Shown: piece after piece, positions 19,072 through 28,187 of the stretch
How the letters are laid out: each line of letters opens with the position of its first letter
Position numbering within the stretch: position 1 is the stretch's first letter
Source of the DNA: Eubacteriales bacterium
Lineage (GTDB): Bacteria; Bacillota; Clostridia; Oscillospirales; UMGS1783
Assembly (NCBI GenBank): GCA_045594545.1
Contig: JAZNYQ010000093.1
Span: 1 to 62,386, forward strand
DNA length: 62,386 bases
Reading direction: 5' to 3'
Notes under the pieces: generated by a model
What the model was told of the DNA's origin: nothing
Databases searched by the model: none
The model's input: only the letters and a program-made list of their open reading frames with translations
Position numbers and translations under genes: made by a program

Positions 19072-21588
19072 ATGTCAGATAAAGATTTCTTTGATTCCAT
19101 TCTCGGCGATATCTGGTCAACCTCTAATAAAACGGCTTCCGAAGGCTCGGATAAATACAAAACTTCAGATTTTCAATTGGACGATATCTTGAAAGAATTC
19201 GGTGTTGTGGACGAAAAGCCAAAAAAAGAAACTCCGAAGCACAATACATATGCGGATGATTTTCTCTCCGGCAATAAAAGCGGCGATATCTGGACCGATA
19301 TGCTCAAGGATCTTTCGTCCGAGAAGCCCAAGGTCGAAGCTCCTCAAGTTCATGACAAACCGATTCAAAAACCTGTCGCTGTGAAACAGGAGGTTGTTCG
19401 TGCCGTTGAGCCGACCATTGATCCGGTACTGGAGAAAGAAAAAGAAGAAGCCCGTAATTATGTAGCTGAACTTTTTAGCGATAACTCTCCTGCTGCACTG
19501 GCTGATGAGGTAACTTCTGATGCCGTTGTAACAGAAAAACAGGATCCGGTCATGGCGCCGATTCGCCCCATTAAAAAGATTCTTTCTGAACGTGAAGAAG
19601 AAAACTATAAGATGCGCAGCGGCTATATTGATTTAAACGCCATTCGGGAAGCAACCGCGGCCCGTAATCCTGTCGAAGGCGATGGCAGCACAAAGAAATT
19701 TACTTCAATGAATACCGAACAACGCGCACTCTTTGGAAAAATCGGTGACTTTTTCTCGGATGCTACATTCCAGTTTGATACCTCATCGGTAAACAATATT
19801 TCTTCGGAATTGGTTAACGGTCGTCCTCGTAAGCAAAAAAATAATCTTCCCGAAAATGAAGATGAGATCAAGATCAGCGATCAGTTTGAAGATATTTATG
19901 ATAAAAAAGATATTCCCGCTGTTGAACAGGAATTGATGTTCCAGGTAAATATTGCAGGAATTAAGGCCATTATCACAGCCATTTTAGCTCTTCCTTTGGT
20001 CTTGCTTAATTTCTTCCCCGGTCTTGTCGATGCTGTTTTACCGACCATTGGGATCTCCAACGCCATTAATCACGCGATTGCCAATCTGTTCTTGCTTGGC
20101 ATCATTGCCCTTTTGAACTTCAATATCATCGGGAAAGGCATTGCCGGTCTGTTCCGTCTTCGCCCCACCGGCTCCACCCTTGCTTCCCTTTCGGTGATTG
20201 CCGGTCTTGCTCATTGTATCTATGTTTTGATTACTACAGATCTGGAAAATCCCATGTACTGTGCCGTTTCTGCAATCGCCATTCTGTTTGTTTTGTTTGG
20301 TAAATACCTGTATTATAAAAATGTTCTTAAGAACTTCGAAATTCTCGCGTTTGATACCCAGAAAACGGCTTGTGTCAATGTAGCAGGCGGATATTCTCTT
20401 AAGGAACTGTACAGTGATAAAGAACGCATCAGCGCGTGCCGTTCGGTTGATTTGATTACCCGCTTTTTAAGTAATTCCTTTGATTATAACTTTGCCGATA
20501 AGACATCTCAGATCAGCATCCTTTCTTGTGTTGCGATCCTAATTGTTTCGGTTTTAAGTGCAATCTTATTCCAAGATGCTTCGTCAGTCTTTGCGCTGAT
20601 TTCGGCCGCTTGTTGCTTGATTACTCCATTCTGTTATGATCTTGCCTACTCCATGCCCTTCTATGCGGTTTCCTCCAAGATTCGCAAAAACGGCAGTGCG
20701 GTAGTAAGCTATACCAGAGCCGGCGAATTTGCCAAAACCTCCACAATGGTCATGAGTGACAGCGACCTATTTAAGCCGGAAAACATTATCGTTCACTCCA
20801 TGAAGATCAATGGCAATGATCGTATTAATGATGTGATCATCAATTGCGCATCCTTGATGCATGAATCCGGAAGTCCGGTAGCCGGCGCATTCATGAGTAT
20901 TCTGGACAATAAAAAGGAAATGCTCCTGCCCGTATATAATTTTGATTGGATTCCCGAAAAAGGCATCTCCGGCTACATCAATAATGTGAAATATTTTATC
21001 GGTTCCAGCCAGTATCTGGCTGATTGCGGCATTAAGCTGCCCTCGGTCGATCTGGAGGAGAAATATAGGCGAGCTGGCCGTCAGGTTGTGATGTTTGCCG
21101 ACAGCACAAAACTGTTAGCCGTTTTCTCCATATCCTATTGTCGTGATGAGCAAATTTTCCGCAATTTGCACCGCATCAATCTTGGCGACCTGAATCTTTT
21201 GGTGCTCACAAGAGATTGCAATATTACATCGGAATTGATGTCGCAGCTTTATGAAATGCCTATTGAGCATTTCACTATAGCATCCAAAAGTGAATTTGAA
21301 CGCCTCTACCATAAAGATGACGCCAAACCGAAGCATCCCGCAGGCATCTATTCCATTACGGGCGCTACAGGAATCACGTATGCTCTCGCCAATTGCCGCC
21401 GCCTAATGGGTACCGTTCGCGCCTCTGTGGTTATGCGTACCTTGGCACTGGCCTGCGGAGCCATCCTTCTGTTGTTGATTGGATTTACCTCCGGCGACAT
21501 TTCAACGGCCATTACCCCCCTGCGCATGGCCATCTTCCATTTACTATGGATGATTCCATCACTGTTTATTGCTCTGTTTGCGGGTTAA
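19072..21588 (+). CDS. Membrane protein with P1B-type-ATPase-like architecture but degenerate catalytic motifs, and a long low-complexity N-terminus
   Basis: 838-aa ORF. About 290 K/E/D-rich residues come first. Eight hydrophobic segments follow, arranged 4 + short loop + 2 + large soluble domain + 2. AACCLITPFC sits where pumps carry CPC. No DKTGT, TGE or GDGxND motif is present (see finding). Confidence 0.5.
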   Translation: MSDKDFFDSILGDIWSTSNKTASEGSDKYKTSDFQLDDILKEFGVVDEKPKKETPKHNTYADDFLSGNKSGDIWTDMLKDLSSEKPKVEAPQVHDKPIQKPVAVKQEVVRAVEPTIDPVLEKEKEEARNYVAELFSDNSPAALADEVTSDAVVTEKQDPVMAPIRPIKKILSEREEENYKMRSGYIDLNAIREATAARNPVEGDGSTKKFTSMNTEQRALFGKIGDFFSDATFQFDTSSVNNISSELVNGRPRKQKNNLPENEDEIKISDQFEDIYDKKDIPAVEQELMFQVNIAGIKAIITAILALPLVLLNFFPGLVDAVLPTIGISNAINHAIANLFLLGIIALLNFNIIGKGIAGLFRLRPTGSTLASLSVIAGLAHCIYVLITTDLENPMYCAVSAIAILFVLFGKYLYYKNVLKNFEILAFDTQKTACVNVAGGYSLKELYSDKERISACRSVDLITRFLSNSFDYNFADKTSQISILSCVAILIVSVLSAILFQDASSVFALISAACCLITPFCYDLAYSMPFYAVSSKIRKNGSAVVSYTRAGEFAKTSTMVMSDSDLFKPENIIVHSMKINGNDRINDVIINCASLMHESGSPVAGAFMSILDNKKEMLLPVYNFDWIPEKGISGYINNVKYFIGSSQYLADCGIKLPSVDLEEKYRRAGRQVVMFADSTKLLAVFSISYCRDEQIFRNLHRINLGDLNLLVLTRDCNITSELMSQLYEMPIEHFTIASKSEFERLYHKDDAKPKHPAGIYSITGATGITYALANCRRLMGTVRASVVMRTLALACGAILLLLIGFTSGDISTAITPLRMAIFHLLWMIPSLFIALFAG

Positions 21589-21601
21589 CCGTTATATACA
21601 C

Positions 21602-21633
21602 AAGAACCACCTTCACGGGTGGTTCTTTTTTTT
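21602..21633 (+). terminator. Intrinsic terminator after the 838-aa gene
   Basis: 10-bp stem AAGAACCACC / GGTGGTTCTT with loop TTCACG, followed by TTTTTT. Confidence 0.75.
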
Positions 21634-21687
21634 CACAACAAAACGCCTTTCACATACCATGTTAGTAGTAGGAAAGGAGTTGAAATT

Positions 21688-22545
21688 ATGACGCCTTATG
21701 CTTTCAGTATTATTGGTGGCGACACTCGACTTTGCTGGCTGGCGCAGTCTTTAGCTCAAGCCGGGCATATTGTAAAAATATACGGTCATGAGGAAAATGA
21801 CTTTGTGTACGAGGTTCCGGTCGTGCATTGTTGTGATTTAGAAACCGTACTGGATGGCAGTCATGCTTGTATACTCGGTATGCCCAGCATGCAGGATAAT
21901 GATACAGTATCCGCCCCCTATTCGCGCAAAAAAATATCATATTCGAAAATCATTGATTACATGTCTCCTACACAAATTCTATTTGGAGGCATCCTTCCTC
22001 AAGCCACAGATAAAATTCGAATATTTGACTATGCAAAAGACGAATCGTTATTGCTGTATAATGCCATACCAACAGCCGAAGGCGCCTTGCAATTATTGAT
22101 GGAAAACACCCCTTATGTCATCCATGGAAGTAGAATTGCAATAATTGGCTTTGGTCGCATCGGTCAAAAAACGGCTAATTTGCTCGTAAACATGGGCGCC
22201 ATTGTGGATGTATATACACGAAATCCGGAATCACAAACCAAAGCCGAAGTATATGGGTGTCACGCCAAGCCTATAACAGCGATTGTTAACACCATAACAT
22301 CCTATCATGCTGTCATCAATACTGTCCCCAGCCCGATTCTTACTTCGGACATATTGTGCAAAGCAGACAAAAATACTGTTTTTATGGAATTAGCTTCTGC
22401 ACCGGGTGGATTTGATTTATCAACAGTTAAGAATAAAAATTTAATTTATATCCCCGCTAACGGGCTCCCCGGCAAGGTAGCTCCGCAAAGCGCAGCAAAA
22501 TACATCCAAAAAACCATCTTAAAACGAATGGAGGAAATCATATGA
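21688..22545 (+). CDS. dpaA: Dipicolinate synthase subunit A
   Basis: ORF 21619..22545. The likely start is the ATG at 21688 (MTPYAFSIIGGDTRL) after AGGAAAGGAG. It has a Rossmann motif IAIIGFGRIGQ and is coupled to dpaB by a 4-nt overlap. Confidence 0.85.
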   Translation: MTPYAFSIIGGDTRLCWLAQSLAQAGHIVKIYGHEENDFVYEVPVVHCCDLETVLDGSHACILGMPSMQDNDTVSAPYSRKKISYSKIIDYMSPTQILFGGILPQATDKIRIFDYAKDESLLLYNAIPTAEGALQLLMENTPYVIHGSRIAIIGFGRIGQKTANLLVNMGAIVDVYTRNPESQTKAEVYGCHAKPITAIVNTITSYHAVINTVPSPILTSDILCKADKNTVFMELASAPGGFDLSTVKNKNLIYIPANGLPGKVAPQSAAKYIQKTILKRMEEII

Positions 22546-23120
22546 GTGCGAGTAGGATCTGTGTGGGGTTTGCTCTCTGTGGCTCATTTTGCACCTTTTC
22601 GCAAGTCATCCCTCAAATACAAACGCTATTAAATTTAGACTATGATGTCATTCCAATCATGTCTCCTGCTGCTTACGGTACTGATACCCGATTTGGCACA
22701 GCAACCCAACACATTAAGAACATTGAAACCATGACCGGTCACTCCGTTTTGCATACTATTGATCAGGTAGAGCCTATCGGTCCTAAACAATTACTGGATA
22801 TTTTGGTTGTTGCCCCGTGTACCGGTAACACCTTAGGGAAACTTGCCGCAGGAATTTACGATACACCGGTAACATTGTCGGTAAAATCACATTTGCGCAA
22901 CGCACGTCCCGTGGTGTTGGCTATCTCGACAAATGACGGCCTTTCCGGAAGCGCTAAAAATATTGGAGCATTACAAAATATGAAACATATGTTTTTCGTA
23001 CCGTACTCTCAAGATGATCCGATAAAAAAACCAATGTCACTGGTTGCCCATATGTCCATGATCCCTCAAACCGTAGAAATTGCCCTTCTCGGCAAACAAA
23101 TACAACCCATCCTGGCTTAA
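22542..23120 (+). CDS. dpaB: Dipicolinate synthase subunit B (flavoprotein-like)
   Basis: 192-aa ORF with N-terminal GFALCGSFCTF and APCTGNTLGKLA motifs characteristic of SpoVFB. Confidence 0.85.
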   Translation: MSASRICVGFALCGSFCTFSQVIPQIQTLLNLDYDVIPIMSPAAYGTDTRFGTATQHIKNIETMTGHSVLHTIDQVEPIGPKQLLDILVVAPCTGNTLGKLAAGIYDTPVTLSVKSHLRNARPVVLAISTNDGLSGSAKNIGALQNMKHMFFVPYSQDDPIKKPMSLVAHMSMIPQTVEIALLGKQIQPILA

Positions 23121-23151
23121 CCGATCCGCTATATGCGGATCTACATAACTG

Positions 23152-23180
23152 TTGAATTTATAGGAATTATCTGCTATAAT
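23152..23180 (+). promoter_or_regulatory. Sigma-A-type promoter for the 197-aa orphan gene
   Basis: TTGAAT (23152-23157), a 17-nt spacer, then TATAAT (23175-23180). Confidence 0.6.
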
Positions 23181-23197
23181 TTTAACGAGGTGATGAT

Positions 23198-23791
23198 GTG
23201 ATACATTCTACACGCACTATTTTTTACCAACGTCAAAAGAAATTCAATATTTTTGAAAAGATAGCAAACCGACTCCCTCGTGTCCGTAACCTCCCTGACG
23301 ATCATTTGTATCGCGGACAACAAAAAGCCGCAGATATTCTGCTAAAACACGGACAAGTTGTCATGGCTTGCGTTGCCGAGGCGGATCCTGACTTGATGCA
23401 ACCAGGCAAAGCGATCGGCGAAGCATCCGTTGTATACAGTACCGATGAATTATTTGATCAAATGCCGTCTTTATTGGCTCAGGTCGCAATAACCGTTACC
23501 TCTATTCGTGAAAACCCACAATTAGGAACGGAATATACCATTCTGGTAGATTGCATGGATGCCAAGACCAATTCCCGCCTCGGTCTCCCGATCCCTAAAG
23601 ATATCTCTTATAAAAAAGATGTCATGTTAACCACCGTCTATGTAAATCCGGCACATCTTCCCCTGCCATTTTTATATCGAGGCTTTTTCCCGATTCTGAT
23701 CTGCCCCGAAAAAACGCCGCATGCCATGGTCCTTCCCGCTCATTACTGGTCACAGGAAATGAAGGATTGCTGGTTGGAAAAAAGAAAATAA
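23198..23791 (+). CDS. Hypothetical cytoplasmic protein, 197 aa, no family recognised
   Basis: ORF with a GTG start 5 nt after GAGGTG. It has its own promoter and terminator, no hydrophobic segments, and no motif I can name. Confidence 0.6.
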   Translation: MIHSTRTIFYQRQKKFNIFEKIANRLPRVRNLPDDHLYRGQQKAADILLKHGQVVMACVAEADPDLMQPGKAIGEASVVYSTDELFDQMPSLLAQVAITVTSIRENPQLGTEYTILVDCMDAKTNSRLGLPIPKDISYKKDVMLTTVYVNPAHLPLPFLYRGFFPILICPEKTPHAMVLPAHYWSQEMKDCWLEKRK

Positions 23792-23826
23792 AACATCCGC
23801 ACGAATTTTGTGCGGATGTTTTATTA
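23792..23826. terminator. Bidirectional intrinsic terminator (197-aa gene on +, folD on -)
   Basis: 11-bp stem AACATCCGCAC / GTGCGGATGTT with loop GAATTTT. T-rich tracts lie on both strands (TTTTATT on plus, TTTTATTTTCTTTTTT on minus). Confidence 0.75.
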
Positions 23827-24672
23827 TTTGTTTTGTAATTTTGCGGCCCGTAAAGTATTTTCCAACAAGGTAGTAATCGTCATTGGTCCGACACCGCCAG
23901 GAACAGGGGTAATATACGATGCCATGGATTCCACTCCATCAAAATCCACATCACCGCATAATTTCCCATTTTCATCCCGATTGATTCCAACGTCAATCAC
24001 AACAGCACCTGCTTTTACCATGTCGGCCTTGACAAACTTAGCTCGTCCGACAGCAGCAATCAGTATATCCGCTTGACGGGTTATTTCCTTGAGATTTTGC
24101 GTCTTGGAATGACAAATGGTGACCGTTGCATTACGATGAAGCATCAACATGGCTTGAGGCTTGCCTACAATATTGCTTCGTCCGATAATAACACAATGTT
24201 TCCCTGCAATTTCAATTCCCGTTTTATCTAATAACGTCATAACGCCGGCCGGTGTGCAAGGTAAAAAATCATAATCACCAATCATGATTTTCCCCACATT
24301 GGCAGGATGAAAAGCGTCAACATCCTTATGCGGGTCAATGGCATGAATAACAGCCGTTTCATCCATGTGTTTAGGCAACGGTAATTGCACCAAAATACCA
24401 TTTACTCGTTTATCTGAATTTAATTCTTCAACTAAAGATAGCAATTCTTCTTGTGTGGTTTCTGCAGGCATGGCATATTGAAAGGATTCTATTCCAACAT
24501 CCGCACACGCCTTATGTTTATTCGCCACATACACTTTAGAAGCACTGTCTTCTCCGACAATGATAACGGCAAGACCGGGTATGATGCCTTGTTCCCGCAA
24601 GGTTGTAACACGATTGCGAATATCGGCCCGACAGGCTGCCGCAATGGCTTTTCCGTCAATTTTCTGCGCCAT
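23824..24672 (-). CDS. folD: Bifunctional methylenetetrahydrofolate dehydrogenase/cyclohydrolase
   Basis: ORF 23824..24786. The canonical N-terminus MAQKIDGKAIA begins at the ATG at 24672. Motifs: NGILVQLPLP and GGVGPMT. The 38-aa K/R-rich extension upstream overlaps lgt and was discarded. Confidence 0.93.
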   Translation of the reverse strand: MAQKIDGKAIAAACRADIRNRVTTLREQGIIPGLAVIIVGEDSASKVYVANKHKACADVGIESFQYAMPAETTQEELLSLVEELNSDKRVNGILVQLPLPKHMDETAVIHAIDPHKDVDAFHPANVGKIMIGDYDFLPCTPAGVMTLLDKTGIEIAGKHCVIIGRSNIVGKPQAMLMLHRNATVTICHSKTQNLKEITRQADILIAAVGRAKFVKADMVKAGAVVIDVGINRDENGKLCGDVDFDGVESMASYITPVPGGVGPMTITTLLENTLRAAKLQNK

Positions 24673-25600
24673 CTTCCTGATTCTCCTGTTCTTTCGGTTG
24701 ATCCTCTTCCGGTGCTGCATACATCGGCTGATATTCCTGATCGGCTTGCTCTTGTTTTTTTGCTTTGCGGGAAACACGAGGTACATACTCGAAACTGACC
24801 TCTCCCCGCTTCTTTACTTCAATGAATTTAACGATCAGCACAAAAACGCAAATAACAAATACGGTAAACGCAACCAGCTGATGGATCGGAATCACGCCCA
24901 ATGTTTCAATGTATTTGGTATCGCGCAAGCCTTCCATCCAGCCCCGACCCAGACCATACCAGCCCATATACATCAAGGCAATTTGACCGGGGAATTTACG
25001 ATATTTCTTGGAGATAATATGCAACGCAATAAATCCAATCAGATTCCATAATATTTCATATAGAAACAAGGGATGAACCGTCTTGTTCCCGATTTGCATG
25101 CCCCAGGGCAACGCCGTTGCTACACCATATACCTCACGGTTAATAAAGTTACCCCAGCGTCCGACCATCTGTCCGATCATAAATCCAAGCGCAACCAAAT
25201 CCAGAACATTGCCCAGGCGAAGCTTTTTATAGCGGCAGAAGAAAATGATAAAAATACCGACAAAGAATATACCGCCGTAAATGGCCAAACCTCCATCGCG
25301 AATGGCAAAAATATCGGCAAACTTTGTGATCTCGCCGGCCGGCGCAAAAGCACAGTACCATAAGCGCGCTCCCACAATCCCAATGGGAACACCGAAGATC
25401 AGTCCGTCCAGCAGATCATTGGTTGTTAAGTTAAACTGCTTGGCACGACGACTGCAGTATATGTACGCCAGTATAACACCGGCGCATATAAATACGGCAT
25501 AAAAGAAAATATTAAAGCCAAAAACGGTAAAGTAGTTCGGAATATCCAACTCCAAACCCAGTCGAGGGAATAGGATCGGCATATCGCCTTTATTGATCAT
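24656..25600 (-). CDS. lgt: Prolipoprotein diacylglyceryl transferase
   Basis: 314-aa ORF with motifs GGLAIYGG and GRWGNFINREVYG and multiple TM segments. GGAGGA SD upstream. An acidic, proline-rich C-terminal tail overlaps the folD start by 17 nt. Confidence 0.9.
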   Translation of the reverse strand: MINKGDMPILFPRLGLELDIPNYFTVFGFNIFFYAVFICAGVILAYIYCSRRAKQFNLTTNDLLDGLIFGVPIGIVGARLWYCAFAPAGEITKFADIFAIRDGGLAIYGGIFFVGIFIIFFCRYKKLRLGNVLDLVALGFMIGQMVGRWGNFINREVYGVATALPWGMQIGNKTVHPLFLYEILWNLIGFIALHIISKKYRKFPGQIALMYMGWYGLGRGWMEGLRDTKYIETLGVIPIHQLVAFTVFVICVFVLIVKFIEVKKRGEVSFEYVPRVSRKAKKQEQADQEYQPMYAAPEEDQPKEQENQEDGAEN

Positions 25601-25614
25601 GATGTTTTCCTCCT

Positions 25615-26892
25615 TTATTTTGATACCGGCATAATCACAGATAATGCACGGTGATCCTCAGTGAAATGATCGGCCAACCAATTTTCACACTCTTGAAGCG
25701 TAATTGAATCAATAGCCTTTATATAATCCCGGAAATACACACCGAGAAAATTCAGATCCATAAAGAGCATGGCTGTGTTTTCCACACTGTTTAATTGCCT
25801 CATGCGCTGACCGTATATCTTATTTTTCGCCCGCTTGAAACTATCTGCATCCAAGCCATTTTCGTGGGCCAGCCGGATGGCTTGCCCAACCTCATCAAAA
25901 ATTCGGTCGGGATCTTTTGCCTCGCCGCCGATTAAACTGGCGCCAAATCCATATCCACCGTAATAGCCAACCGAAAAATCTTGATTGATTATCCCATCTT
26001 CGTATAATCGACCGTAGAAATCACTGGAAGTCCCCAGTAACATATCCAGAACGATCTCAGACATTAATTCCTTCTTAACGGCATCCAAACCGATCGATCC
26101 GTCGGGGTCCTTATATCCAATTAAAAATTGAGGATTGGAAACGGCACGGTTTTCGGAAATGCGCTTTGTTTTGACTTGGTTTGGTTCAGATATCTGCTTG
26201 CGCGTAATAGGTTCCGCCGGACGCTCCTTTAGGTATCTCTCGCAAAGTAGTTGAACACAAATCGGATCCACATCCCCACACACAACGATCCCCATATTAT
26301 TGGGATTATAAAAGGTATCATAACAATGATACAGGATCTCGGGGGTAATTTGAGCAATGGTTTCTACCGTACCTGCCGTATCGATGCGGGCAGGATTGTT
26401 GTGAAACATGGCTTGCATCACATTCATGAGGACTCGCCAATCGGGATCATCCTCATACATCTTGATCTCTTGCCCGATAATCCCTTGCTCTTTATCAACG
26501 TTCTCTTTTGTAAAATGCGGATGGGTAACAAAATCTAATAAGATACCAAATGAGTCCTCAAACCGCTCGGTGCAAGAAAATAAATACACCGTCTTATCGC
26601 ATGAGGTAAAGGCATTGGCGTTGGCACCTGTTCGGGAATAACGGGTAAAGGCATCTTCCGTCTCCCCTTCAAACAATTTGTGCTCCAGGAAATGCGCCGT
26701 GCCATCCGGAATAGCGAATGTGTCAGAGCCATCAATCGGCGTACACTCGGTATCCATAGAGCCGTAGTTTGTCCCAAACATAGCATAGGTTTTGGAGTGA
26801 CCGGGTTTATATATAACAGTAACCGGATAACCGGCTTTCGTCGTAAACTGATAATAGGTCTCTCCGGAAAGATCACAATGATATTTTGTCAT
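25615..26892 (-). CDS. M16-family zinc peptidase (active-site-bearing subunit)
   Basis: 425-aa ORF with an inverted zinc motif HxxEH (GTAHFLEHKLFEG). Confidence 0.85.
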   Translation of the reverse strand: MTKYHCDLSGETYYQFTTKAGYPVTVIYKPGHSKTYAMFGTNYGSMDTECTPIDGSDTFAIPDGTAHFLEHKLFEGETEDAFTRYSRTGANANAFTSCDKTVYLFSCTERFEDSFGILLDFVTHPHFTKENVDKEQGIIGQEIKMYEDDPDWRVLMNVMQAMFHNNPARIDTAGTVETIAQITPEILYHCYDTFYNPNNMGIVVCGDVDPICVQLLCERYLKERPAEPITRKQISEPNQVKTKRISENRAVSNPQFLIGYKDPDGSIGLDAVKKELMSEIVLDMLLGTSSDFYGRLYEDGIINQDFSVGYYGGYGFGASLIGGEAKDPDRIFDEVGQAIRLAHENGLDADSFKRAKNKIYGQRMRQLNSVENTAMLFMDLNFLGVYFRDYIKAIDSITLQECENWLADHFTEDHRALSVIMPVSK

Positions 26893-28136
26893 TGCTCCAT
26901 CCCTCCTTTTAACACGTATACCGAAATCGGCTCTACCGTCTTGGCTACATCCTGTATATCCTTTTCAGTGAGCTGTTCAATCTGCCGTAAATCTTCCTCA
27001 ATTGAAACGGGTCTGCCGGACAATATCTGATTCAGTGCATAATCTTCCAGTTGCGAAACAGAATCCTGCATCGCCTTTAAATTATTGATATACGCCTTCT
27101 TAGCCGCCGCAAATTCTGCCTGCGTAAATTCTCCTCTAACAATACTGTCTAACTGAACCAAAATCTCTTTTTTTGCCTCTTCAATTTTTTCGGGCATAAC
27201 ACCGGAATAAACAATCATTAGATTTTTATGTTTTTCCAACATAGCCGAACAGTAATAGCAAAGCGATAACTTTTCTCTGACATTGGCAAACAATAATGAA
27301 CTGGGGCTACCGCCGTAAAGAATCAAAAATAGCCGCTGCGCCACATCATTTACCTGTTTATTAAATCCAAAGCCTATGGATAATTTGGCTTGATCTACCG
27401 GATAAATTTCTTCATATTCCATTAACTCGCCCAAAGCAACGGCACAGGAAGACGTCGAAACAGCTATCCGATCATCCGAAAAATATTTTCCAAAGGCATT
27501 TTCAATTTGCACATCGGAAACGCGACCAAACCCATAAATCTCAACAACAGATGATTGCAAATACTCTTGATAAAAATCAAATAGCGTTTTCGCAGTAATT
27601 TGTTTTACACAGTCAACACTACCGCACTCATAAACCTGATACGGTTGACCTTGTGCAGAGAGCTCACCGCATCGCCGTAACGCATATATGCGCTTGTCGT
27701 TGATCCGCCCCTCAATCAGATTACATAGGTTTTTCTTTTCTCGCTCAACGGCAGGAATATCAAAGGAATCCCCATCCGTTAACGGGTGGAAAATCACCTT
27801 GGCCATAAGTTCCAGTGCCTTGGAAATAATATCATCTTGATGCGCAAATGAATTATCCAAAAATTCCAGTGAGAATGTTACCACATGGTTGTCCCCTTTT
27901 TTTCGGAGAGACACATGTAATTGAGCGCCGTATAATTCATCCAGCGCACGCCCTAAGGCCTTAACATTCGGGTAATCGGCACATCCCGTTTTTAGTACCA
28001 TGGATAACAAGGAGGCGAATGACGCCACCCGTTCACTTAAAGGCATGACAAAACTGATATAGATCTGATTTGTCTTAAACAGATCCATGGGAGATATATT
28101 TACATGAACAGCCGGAGCGATTGGTTTTCTAATCAT
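26889..28136 (-). CDS. M16-family peptidase-like protein lacking the HxxEH motif (non-catalytic partner)
   Basis: 415-aa ORF of M16 size and layout, coupled by an ATGA overlap to the active paralogue. No HxxEH is present in the N-terminal region. Confidence 0.7.
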   Translation of the reverse strand: MIRKPIAPAVHVNISPMDLFKTNQIYISFVMPLSERVASFASLLSMVLKTGCADYPNVKALGRALDELYGAQLHVSLRKKGDNHVVTFSLEFLDNSFAHQDDIISKALELMAKVIFHPLTDGDSFDIPAVEREKKNLCNLIEGRINDKRIYALRRCGELSAQGQPYQVYECGSVDCVKQITAKTLFDFYQEYLQSSVVEIYGFGRVSDVQIENAFGKYFSDDRIAVSTSSCAVALGELMEYEEIYPVDQAKLSIGFGFNKQVNDVAQRLFLILYGGSPSSLLFANVREKLSLCYYCSAMLEKHKNLMIVYSGVMPEKIEEAKKEILVQLDSIVRGEFTQAEFAAAKKAYINNLKAMQDSVSQLEDYALNQILSGRPVSIEEDLRQIEQLTEKDIQDVAKTVEPISVYVLKGGMEQ

Positions 28137-28187
28137 ACTTGCCTCCTGTTTTTCTGTTTATTATTTTACCCGTTCTTTCAAAAAATG

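Noticed and set aside
24673-24786. 38-aa K/R-rich N-terminal extension of the folD ORF in the track (MYLVFPAKQKNKSK...).
   Set aside because: The canonical FolD N-terminus MAQKIDGKAIA starts at 24672. The extension is just the lgt C-terminal coding region read in another frame.
24451-25051. 115-aa and 163-aa plus-strand ORFs overlapping folD and lgt.
   Set aside because: They are antisense shadows of two confidently identified genes. They have no ribosome-binding sites and no motifs.
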